Assembly (NCBI GenBank): GCA_951406725.2
Contig: OX597818.1
Coordinates: 56,854,001 to 56,918,000 of the forward strand
Direction: 5' to 3'
Length of the DNA stretch: 64,000 bases
Source of the DNA: Octopus vulgaris
Taxonomy: Eukaryota
Shown here: one piece after another, positions 53,739 through 64,000 of the stretch
How positions within the stretch are numbered: the first letter of the stretch is position 1
Layout of the letters: the number at the start of each line of letters is the position of its first letter
Program-made: the position numbers and the translations under genes
The notes under the pieces: model-generated
What the model was told of the DNA's origin: nothing
Database searches by the model: none
The model's input: only the letters and a program-made list of their open reading frames with translations

Positions 53739-54260
53739 TGGCCTGCTGTGCACAGGATGGCCTGCTGTGCTAACCTTGGATCGTGGGGAGACCTGCTGTG
53801 CTTGAGGAGACCTATTGAGTCAAGTACATCAACATCAAGATAAAAATCAAATGGAAATTGTAGTTGTGATACCCATGCCGGTGGCATATAAAAAGCACCA
53901 TCCGAACGTGGCCGATGCCAGCACCGCCTTGGCTGGCTTCCATGCCGGTGGCATGTAAAAGGCACCATCCGAACGTGGCCAATGCCAGTGCTGCCTTGGC
54001 TGGCTTCCATGCCGGTGGCATGTAAAAAGCACCATCCAATCATGGCTGTTGCCAGCTGCCTTTGGCCCCTGTGCTGGTGGCACATAAAAAGCACCCACTA
54101 CACTCACGGAGTGGTTGGCGTTAGGAAAGGCATCCAGCTGTAGAAACACTGCCAGATCAGACTGGAGCCTGGTGCAGCCTCCTGGCTCCCAGACCCCAGT
54201 CAAACCATCCAACCCATGCTAGCATGGAAAATGGACGTTAAACGATGATGATGATGATGA
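53739..54260 (+). mobile_element. RTE LINE 3' end
   Basis: Internal ~60-bp units, terminal block and GAT tail. Confidence 0.85.
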
Positions 54261-54404
54261 AAGGGTGTAGCGTTGCACTGATAACCAGCTGGCGGAAGAT
54301 CTGCCTGGGGTTAAACTAGTAGTAATATGGAACAGCCATTTTGATGTGGCGATTGACTTTTACTCGTTAGTATAATTACTGCTCTGATCTCTCCTTGAGA
54401 TTGT

Positions 54405-54758
54405 TTGATTGAGACCCCCTTCGGTCATGACTGACCGTGGGATTGCACCTAGAAAGTTACCTTCCCAGGCACAAGTCCAGGCAAGGTTGTTTATGGAAGA
54501 CCAGCAGTCGCCCATGCATACCGGCCTCCCCTCTCCGTGCCACCAGTGTTATCCAAGAGAAAGACAAAGGTCGATACAGCTTGGCACCTGTGACGTTGCA
54601 ACTCATTTCTACAGCTGAGTGAACTGGAGCAACGTGAAATAAAGTGTCTTGCTCAAGAACACAACATGCAGCCCGGTCTCTGATTTGAACTCACAACCTC
54701 ACAATCGTAAGCTCGACGCTCTAACCACTGAGCCATGTGTCTTCACTACATGCCTTCA
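54405..54758 (-). mobile_element. tRNA-derived SINE family D with an 11-bp TSD
   Basis: Minus-strand head tggctcagtggttagagcg..gagttcaaatc. TSD cttgagattgt at 54394-54404 and 54759-54769. The empty site is visible in the paralogous unit near 53523. Confidence 0.9.
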
Positions 54759-54874
54759 CTTGAGATTGTATAACTAGTTATTTTGCTTGTTGCAAATCAG
54801 TGACCGATGGTCATTTTGTTTACAATATATTGCTGGCTGGAGCAGACCTTGGCGATTGCTCAGGCGACCAGGTA

Positions 54875-54923
54875 CATGCGACAGAGGATGAGCCAACCAG
54901 CTTGAAACTGAGTCAGTCCCATG
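54875..54923 (+). ncRNA. Type-I hammerhead motif, array unit 2 (core mutated to CAGAGGA)
   Basis: CATGCGA|CAGAGGA|T-GAGC-caacca-GCTT|GAAA|CTGAGTCAG-TC^|CCATG. Confidence 0.6.
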
Positions 54924-54976
54924 ACCTGTTGTCTGCTAGAGGACAGTAGGGGTTCACTCCTCCTGCAAGCAATATA

Positions 54977-55015
<39 letters not shown>

Positions 55016-55232
55016 GATGCAGTGCTGCACCGATAACCAGCTGGCGGAAGATCTGCCTGGGGTTAAACTAGTAGTAACATGGATCAGCCACTTTGATGTG
55101 GTGACTGACTTTTGATATTAATTTGTTTTCCGTTTAATACCTCATGGAATTGACTGTAAGCAGCACCGTTTTTATGAGTCTCTTCAAGGTCGCCATAGTA
55201 GTAGTAGTAGTAGCAGTAGTAGCAGTAGTAGC

Positions 55233-55269
<37 letters not shown>

Positions 55270-55377
55270 ATTTTCGCTTTAATTTTAGTAGGTTTTTACC
55301 GACACATTTTCCATTTACATTGACTTTTCAGCCATATCACGAAAGATTAAATTTGATTGATTAGAGTAAAATTAGTT

Positions 55378-56289
55378 TATGTGTGTGTGTGTGTGTGTAT
55401 GTGTGTGCGTTTGTGTGTTCGTGTGTGTGTGTGTGTGTGTGTGTGTGCGTCTTGTGTGCTTTTGAGTTTGTGTGTTCGAGTGTGTGTGTATTTGTGCATG
55501 TGCGTTCAAGCGTGTGTCTGCGTGCACGCGTTTGTGTGTGTGTGTATAAGCACACGTGCATTTGTGTGTGTGTGTATGTGCGTGCACATGTTAGTGTGTG
55601 TGTGTATATGTGCATGTTCAAGTGTGTGTGTGTGTATGTGCATTCAAGTGTGTGTGTGTGCATGTGTGTGTATTCGAGTGTGTGCATGTGTGTGTGTTCG
55701 AGTGTGTGTATGTGTGCATATGCATGCGTTTGAGTGTGTGTGTGTGGGTGTTCGAATATGTGTGTGTGTGTGTTCGAATACTATAGCCTCAGGCTGACCA
55801 AAGCTTTGTGCGTGGATTTGGTAGATGGAAACTGAAAGAAGCCCGTCGTATATATGTATATATATGTATGTGTGTGTATATGTTTGTGTGTCTGTGTTTG
55901 TCCCCCCAACATCGCTTGACAACCGATGCACATGTACACACACTCGAACACACACACACATGCACACACACACTTGAACACACACACACACCTGAATGCA
56001 CATACACACACACACAGTTAAATGACTGAAACAAGTAAAATAGTGAAAGAGTGGCTGACCACTCCACTGGCCCTTAATGTAGTTTTCTGGGAGATTCTGC
56101 TTGACACAAAACATGACACAGTCGATCCTTTGAATTTCAGGTAAAGGTCATTTTTGCCAGATGAGTGGACTGGAATTAGGTGAAATAAAATTTCTTCACC
56201 ACGGACACAGCATACTACTGGGAATTGAACTCACAGCGTTATAATCATGAGCTGAACACCCTAACTACTAAACCATGCAACACTTCACT

Positions 56290-56369
<80 letters not shown>

Positions 56370-56455
56370 GCGATATAGTGTATATATTTATACATTTATA
56401 TATGCATATATTTATATAAATATATATATACATAAATACACACACACTCACACAC

Positions 56456-56489
<34 letters not shown>

Positions 56490-56566
56490 TTACACATACA
56501 CACACACATATATATATGCATTATATACACACATACACATGTGTATATATATAAATACATATACAT

Positions 56567-56621
<55 letters not shown>

Positions 56622-56676
56622 CTGATTCACGCTGACTACTGATAATTTCTTTTAAAGATTTTATCCTCAATTGTTA

Positions 56677-56716
<40 letters not shown>

Positions 56717-56781
56717 CATATACATACATATATATACATATACATACATATATATATATATATATACATACATGTATATAC

Positions 56782-56823
<42 letters not shown>

Positions 56824-57060
56824 TACGCACACACACATATAATGTATATATATATATATACATACATGTATATACATGTGTATATATATATATATATATA
56901 TACACATTACGCACACACACATATAATGTATATATATATATATATATATGCATTATACACACATGCACATCTGTGTGTGTGTGTGTATATCATCATCATC
57001 ATCATCGTTTAATGTCCGTTTTCCATATATATATATATATGTATGAATGTATGTATCTAT
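55378..57060. repeat. Compound (TG)n, (GA)n, (TA)n and (CA)n microsatellites with SINE remnants
   Basis: Direct inspection. Confidence 0.9.
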
Positions 57061-57297
57061 GTACACAACACATGCAGACGTACACTAATGAAAGTAAAAA
57101 TACTGCGTGAAATGTATTGGAAGAGATACAAAAATTTAATAATATCACAGTAAGAAATGATGTTACAGAATCGAGTTAAAATGAATTAGAAAATCTGAGA
57201 ATGAAATTAAAGCAGATCAAAGACTTGTAAAATAAGCAAAAGCACAGCAGATCGAGATTGAAAAATTCACTGGAATTAAAGAAGGATAAAGAAAAAT

Positions 57298-57344
57298 CCT
57301 TGTGAGTGGATTTGGTAGACGGAAACTGAAAGAAGCCTGTCGTA

Positions 57345-57385
<41 letters not shown>

Positions 57386-57536
57386 CCCACTACACTCGCG
57401 GAGTGGTTGGCGTTAGGAAGGGCATCCAGCTGTAGAAACACTGCCAGACTAGACTGGAGCCTGGGGCAGTCCCTAGCTCCCCAGACCCCGGTCGAAACCG
57501 TCCAACCCGTGCTAGCGCGGAAAACGGACGTTAAAC

Positions 57537-57572
<36 letters not shown>

Positions 57573-58397
57573 ATATATATGTATGTGTTGGTGTGTCTGT
57601 GTTTGTACCCCCTATCATTGCTTGACAACCGATGCTGGTGTGTTTACGTCCCCGTCACTTAGCTGTTCGGCAAAAAGAGACCGATAAAATAAGTACTGGG
57701 CTTACAAAAGAATAAGTCCCGGGGTCGATTTGCTCGACTAAAGGCGGTGTTCCAGCATGGCCGCAGTCAAGTGACTGAAACAAGTAACGTTAGTACACCG
57801 GGCGAAATGTGTAGCGGTATTTTGTCTACCGTTATGTTCTGAGTTCAAATTCCGCCGAGGTCGAATTTGCCTTTCATCCTTTCGGGGTTGATAAATTAAC
57901 TACCAGTTACGCACTGGGGTCGATGTAATCGACTTAATCCCTTTGTCTGTCCTTGTTTGTCCCCTCTGTGTTTAGCCCTTTGTGGGCAATAAAGAAATAT
58001 ATATGTGTGTATGTATGCATGTGGGTAGCGACTGATCATTGAATAATACACAATGGAATTCAAGAAAAGCTATGGATATCCAAATGTATGCACGACTGTA
58101 TACATACACATGTATTCATATATATATATATGTGTGTATACATACATATACATATATATGTGTTAAGGCGGCGAGCTGGCAGAAATGTTAGCACACCGGG
58201 CGAAATGTGTAGCGGTATTTTGTCTACCGTTACGTTCTGAGTTCAAATTCTGCAGAGGTTGACTTTGCCTTTCATCCTTTCGAGGTCAATAAATTAAGTA
58301 CCAGTTAGGCACTGGGGCCGATATAATCGACTTAATCCCTTTGTCTGTCCTTGTTTGTCCCCTCTATGTTTAGCCCCTTGTAGGCAGTAAAGAAATA
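57298..58397 (+). mobile_element. Cluster: SINE A with nested RTE tail (57381-57572), then two SINE B copies (57787-58000, 58164-58397)
   Basis: Matches to the families above. Confidence 0.85.
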
Positions 58398-58423
58398 TAT
58401 ACATATATATGTGTGTATGTATA

Positions 58424-59325
58424 CATCATCATCATTTAACGTCTACTTTCCATGCTAGCATGGGTTGGACGATTTGACTGAGGACTGGCGAAACAGATGG
58501 CTGCACCAGGCTCCAATCTTAATCTGGCAGATTTTCTACAGCTGGATGCCCTTCCTAACGCCGACCACTCTGGGAGTATAGTGGGTGATTTTACGTGCCA
58601 CCTGCACGACGGCCAGTCAGGCGGTACTGGCAACGGCCATGCTCAAATGGTATTTTTTTATATGCCACCTGCACAGCAGCCAGTCCAGCGGCACTGGCAA
58701 TGACCTCGATCAAATGTTTTTCACGTGCCAGTAAGGCGACGCTGGTAATGATCATGCTTGAATGGTGCTCTTAGCGCTTCCACTAGCACGGTGCCAGTCA
58801 TCGAATTTGATTTCGATTTCACTTGCCTCAACAGGTCTTCGCAAGCAGAGTTTAGTGTCCAATGAAGGAAAGACACGCATAAGTGGGCTGGTTACACCCC
58901 TGGCATAGGCCACGAGGTTATGGTCTCGTTTGGCTTGCCAGGTCTTCTAAAGCACAGCATATTTGCAAAGGTCTCAGGTCACTAGTCATTTCCTTGGTGA
59001 GGCCTAATGGTCGAAGGTCGTGCTTCACCACTTCATCCCTGGTCTTCTTGGGTCTACCTCTTCCACAGGTTCCCTCAACCACTAGGGTGTGGCACTTTTT
59101 CACACAGCTATCATCATCCATTCTCGCCACATGACCATACCAGCACAGTTGTCTCTCTTGCACACCACATCTGATGCTTCTTAGGTCCAACTTTTCTCTC
59201 AAGGTACCTACACTCTGTCGAGTATGCACACTGACATTACACATCCATCGGATCATACTGGCTTCATTCCTTGCGAGCTTACACATGTCTTCAGCAGTCA
59301 CAGCCCATGTTTCACTGCCATACAT
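58424..59325 (-). mobile_element. 5'-truncated RTE LINE (ORF C-terminus plus full 3' UTR)
   Basis: YGSETWAVT..ASMIRWMCNV..WYGHVARM..VEGTCGRGRPKKT..VVKHDL, continuous with the abundant GAT-tailed 3' UTR. Confidence 0.9.
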
Positions 59326-59344
59326 CCTCTTCCAAATAAATTTT

Positions 59345-59482
<138 letters not shown>

Positions 59483-59500
59483 GTATACACACATATATAG

Positions 59501-59785
59501 TGGAGGCACATGGCCTAGGGGTTAGAGCGGCGGACTCACGGTCGAGGGGTCGTGGGTTCGAATTTCAGACCGGGCGGTGTGTGTGTGTTTATGAGCAAAA
59601 CACCTAAGCTCCACATGGCTCCTGCAGAAGATAATGGCAAACTTCTTCTGACACTTTCGCCACAACTTTCTCTCACTCTTTCCTGCAATGGACTGGCATC
59701 CCATCCAGGTGGGGAACCTACACACCAAGGAAACCGGGAAAACTGGCGCTTATGAGCCAGGCATGGCTCGAGAAAGGAACAACAA
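59501..59785 (+). mobile_element. SINE family C
   Basis: tRNA-like head with ggttcgaatt B-box. Confidence 0.85.
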
Positions 59786-60199
59786 ACATATACATATATA
59801 TATATATATATCATCATCAACAGACATTAAATGATGATGATGATATATATATCGTCAGTAAACCATAAATGAAAAAGAGAAGCACACTCTAAGTTATAGA
59901 GCAGTAGAGTATTTAAATGTGTAAATATATATATAAATATATGGATGTGTGTGTGTTTGTCCCTCTGCCCCACTCACTATTTGAAATCTGATGTTGATTT
60001 ATTTGCATCTCTGTGGTTCAATGGTTTGGTAAAAGAGTCTTATAGAATAAGTTCTGGGCCCTGGAAAAAGTAAGTTCTGGGGTCGATTCATTTGACTAAA
60101 ACCCTTCCAGGTGGTGCCTCAGCATGGCCGCAGTCCAATGATTGAAACAAGTAAAAGATAACAGATAGGTAACTACTTCTTAAGTAAAGGCCCTCCCCC

Positions 60200-61110
60200 C
60201 CAGCAGTAGCAGCAGTAGCACCACCACCACCACCTCCACACCACCATTACCACAGCCACTACCACCACCATTACAACCACCACCACTACCACAATCATCA
60301 TCACCACCACAACTACCACCAACACTACAATCACCACTACCACCACCACAACTACCACCACTATCACAATCACCACCACCACAACTACCACCACCACCAA
60401 CTACCACCACCACTACAATCACCACTACCACCACCACAACTACCACCACTATCACAATCACCACCACCACAACTACCACCACCACCACAGCAACTACCAC
60501 CACCACTACCACTACCATCACAATCACCACAACCACTACCACCAACACTGCAACCACAACCACAACTACTAATGCCACCGCAACCACCACCATCACCACC
60601 TCCACCACCATCCCCACCACCATCACCACCACCATAACCGCTACCATAACCACCACCACCACCACCATAACCACCACCACAACCACTACCACCACCACCA
60701 ACACTATTACCACCATCATCACCCCCACACTACTACCTTCATCCCCACCACCACCACAACAACAACCACTACCACCACCACCACCACAGCAACTACCACC
60801 ACTACCACTACCGCCAACACTGCAACCACAACCACAACAACTAATGCCACTGCAACCACCACCATCACCACCACCATCACCACCACCATCCCCACCACCA
60901 TCCCCACCACTATCCCCACCACCATCCCCACCACCATAACCGCTACCATAACCACCACCACCATAACCACCACCACAACCACTACCACCACCACCAACAA
61001 TATTACCACCATCATCAACCTCCCACACTACTACCTTCATCCCCACCACCACCACAACAACAACCACTACTACCACCACCACCACCACCACCATCATCAC
61101 CACTACCCTC
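60200..61110. repeat. (ACC)n-rich array with ~300-bp higher-order duplication
   Basis: ccaacactgcaaccacaaccacaa occurs at ~60542 and ~60814; cacactactaccttcatcccc at ~60726 and ~61024. Confidence 0.9.
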
Positions 61111-61425
61111 CCCCCATACAAATCCCCTCGCCTCTCATCTTTACTATGGCAACTATGATTCCACCACAAATAGCTGCAGCTCCAATTATCTCACCAAGGT
61201 AACAGAACCTATATAGACTCACATTTATGGATCTGTCGGTAAATAAATTCACACCCTGAACGTATGGCCGATGTGAGGGAGGAGACGGGAATGGTAGGTT
61301 TGTGTTGAATTAAAAATATAATTACAGGTAAACGCTGTCAGGTGTTTGCCTGGTAGGTCGGAATGATGACTGACAACTGTTGGGAAGGACTAAATGGCAA
61401 TCACAATGATGTTTAATAGGTGGGG

Positions 61426-61752
61426 TGGAGGGGCACATGGCATAGTGGTTAGAGCAGCGGACTCGTAGTCGAGGGATCGTGGGTTCGAATCTCAGACCGG
61501 GCAGTGTGTGTGTGTGTTTTTATGAGCGAAATGTCTAAGCTCCACGTAGATCTGGTTGAAAGTAATGGCGAAACTTCTGCTGACTCTTTCGCCACAGCTT
61601 TCTCTCACTCTCTCCTCCTGCATCTTGCAGCCCACCTGAGATGGACTGGTGTACCGTCCAGGTGGGGAACCTACACGCCAATGAACCCGGGAAACCGGCC
61701 CTTATGAGCCAAGCATGGCTTGAGCAGGAACAAATAAACAACAACAACAACA
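61426..61752 (+). mobile_element. SINE family C
   Basis: tRNA-like head and (AAC)n tail. Confidence 0.85.
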
Positions 61753-61789
61753 ATGTTAAATAGATATTATAAGAAGAAACATTATCATA

Positions 61790-61988
61790 TTATTTACACT
61801 ATTTACATTCGACGGATATTTGTCCTCATCTTGTTTGTTGTTAACACAACATTTCTGCTGATATACCCTCCAGCCTTCTTCAGGTGTCTTGGGGGAAATT
61901 TTGAACCTGGGTTCTCATTCCTAAGGTACTTTTTGATGTTGTTGTTGTTGTTGTTGTCGTCATGATGATGATGATGATGATGATGATG

Positions 61989-62064
<76 letters not shown>

Positions 62065-62137
62065 TCACTGCTTGGAATCGAGCTTGGAATCTTGTAGTAG
62101 CCTGCGCTCTTAACCACCATGCCAAATGCCCATGGGC

Positions 62138-62168
<31 letters not shown>

Positions 62169-62390
62169 CAACGACAACAACAACATCAACAATAATAACA
62201 TCGAAAAATACCTTAGCAATGAGAACCCAGGTTCAAAATTTACCCAAGACACCTGAAGAAGGCTGGAGGGTCTATCAGCCAAAACATTGTGTTAACAACA
62301 AACAAGATGAGGACAAATATCCATCAAATGTAAATAATGTAAATAATGTACATAATTCCTTATCTCTTAAAAATAGAACTGTATTAGGAA
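61790..62390. mobile_element. Inverted-repeat element: two outward-facing hammerhead arms around a tRNA-like core
   Basis: Arms at 61790-61940 and 62197-62346. Hammerheads at 61843-61888 (-) and 62248-62293 (+). tRNA-like segment at 62061-62139 (-). Confidence 0.8.
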
Positions 62391-62496
62391 CATTATCAGT
62401 TGAATATTGCTGAAGGTAAAATAGCCCTATCTTGTAAATGTTGAGGTTATTGCCATTGGCAGCGGTGGTGGCACCCACTCGTGCCTCAGCTCGGTT

Positions 62497-62675
62497 CATC
62501 TGGTGCCTCCATGATGCTTAAACCTGACATGGCTCAGAAAGCCAACTCAGGAATGGAACAGTCTTGGGCATTGATCACATGGTAGGGTGGGTCGTGGTCT
62601 TAGCTGGAAATTCCGGGCCTTGTGTTGCCTTCTTTTTGCTTTTTCATCAGTCTTTCTCCTCTCCTCAGACGTCAT
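62497..62675 (-). pseudogene. RTE (BovB-like) C-terminal zinc-finger remnant
   Basis: KRRQHKAR..PTLPCDQCPRLFHS*VGFLSHVRFKH. Confidence 0.65.
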
Positions 62676-62852
62676 ATATGGCACATAAAACTGGCACACT
62701 ATCGGTTATGAGCATTCCAGTTGATCCGATCAACAGAACAGTCTACTAGTGAAATTAACATGCATGTGACTGAGTACTCCACAGACAAGCACACCTCAGG
62801 GAGATTCAGCGTGACATAGAATATGACAGGGCTGGTCTAATCTATTCTATTC

Positions 62853-63455
62853 TTATTTCTTTACTACCCACAAGGTGCTAAACATAGAGGGGACAAACAA
62901 GGACAAACAAAAGGATTAAGTTGATTACATCGACCCCAGTGCGTAACTGGTACTTAATTTATTGACCCCAAAAGAGATGTAAAGCAAAGTCGACCTCGGC
63001 GGAATTTGAACTCAGAACGTAACGGCAGATGAAATACCTATTTCTTTACTACCCACAAGGGGCTAAACATAGAGGTGACAAACAAGGACAGACAAAGGGA
63101 TTAAATCGATTACAATGACTCCAGTGCGTAAATGGTACTTAATTTATCGACCCCGAAAGGGATGAAAGCAAAGTCGACCTCGACAGAATTTGAACTCAGA
63201 ACATAATGGCAGACAAAATACCTGTTTCTTTACTACCCACAAGGGGCTAAACACAGAGAAGACAAACAAAGACAGACAAATGGATTAAGTCGATTATATC
63301 GACCCCAGTGCATAACTGGTACTTAATTTATCGACTCTGAAAGGGATGAAAGGCAAAGTCAACCTCGGCGAAATTTGAACTCAGAACGTAACGGCAAACG
63401 AAATACCACTAAGCATTTCACCCGGTGTGCTAACATTTATGCCAGTTCACTGCCT
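62853..63455 (-). mobile_element. SINE family B, one head plus three tandem 185-bp bodies
   Basis: t(a/g)tttctttactacccacaagg occurs at 62854, 63039 and 63223. Confidence 0.9.
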
Positions 63456-63714
63456 TTGTCTATTCTATTCTGTTTCATATCTGCCTTGTACGTGGAGTTC
63501 ATATCTCTTTCTATCTATCTGTCTGTCTATCTTTCTATCTGTCTGTCTGTCTGTATGTATGTATGTATGTCTATCTTTTTTAGATGAGCAAGCGATGTGT
63601 TCACCTCTTCAGCAAGGCTCCTGCTCGTGTCCCTCCATCTTGGGTTCTTATCCCTCCATTCTAAACCCCAATCAGTTGAGGGGTCTTATCTTGCAGGTAC
63701 TTGGTGGCCTCAGT

Positions 63715-63995
63715 TGTGCTGGTGTCACGTAAGAAGCACCCACTACACAATGTTGAGTGGTTGGTATCAGGAAGGGCATCCAGGTGTAGAAACAGTGACA
63801 AAACAAATATAGCACCTGGCACAGCTCTGTGGCTCATCTGTTCTTGTTGAACTGTCCAACCCATGCCAGCATGGAGAAGGGGACAATAACTGATGATGAT
63901 GATGATTATGATATGATGATGATATGATGATAATGATGATGATGATGATGATATGATGATGATTATGATGATGATGATGATTGTTATGATGGTTA
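63715..63995 (+). mobile_element. Degenerate RTE 3' end with an expanded (GAT)n tail
   Basis: aggaagggcatccag..ccaacccatgccagcatgg. Confidence 0.75.
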
Positions 63996-64000
63996 TGCTG

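Larger units (their letters stand above)
53428..55113 (+). mobile_element. Retrozyme-like tandem array (~350-bp unit, ~2.3 copies) interrupted by RTE, SINE and (TA)n
   Basis: gcctggggttaaactagtag occurs at 53433, 54303 and 55055. One hammerhead per full unit. Confidence 0.75.

Noticed and set aside
60180-61169. 329-aa Gly/Val-rich ORF
   Set aside because: (GGT)n array open in multiple frames.
61325-61352. 11-bp hairpin (and a similar one at 25470-25500) as pre-miRNA
   Set aside because: Stems are too short for a miRNA precursor and could be chance.

Overview
This window is eukaryotic (animal) intronic or intergenic DNA made almost entirely of microsatellites and transposable elements. The SINE repertoire looks like an octopus or other coleoid cephalopod; that is an inference, not verified. 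No host protein-coding gene is supported, and most long ORFs in the track are microsatellite artefacts. The one real long ORF is an intact APE-endonuclease/reverse-transcriptase ORF of a CR1-group LINE (32027-35134). It sits in a huge (TA)n tract and is bounded by a perfect 20-bp terminal inverted repeat. Also present are at least four tRNA-derived SINE families, many 5'-truncated RTE LINE 3' ends (one with a 17-unit 62-bp minisatellite), CR1 and CRE remnants, hAT and mariner MITEs and Helitron-like elements. The main hidden signal is about a dozen type-I hammerhead-ribozyme motifs in several unrelated small non-coding elements. These include ~335-360-bp tandem or circularly permuted monomers (retrozyme-like, 51.1-55.1 kb), Penelope-style inverted-repeat inserts in (TA)n tracts, and a tRNA-headed ribozyme element. 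Several carry non-canonical catalytic cores (U3-A8 covariation, U4C, A6U). All folds were assigned by eye, and repeat boundaries are approximate.
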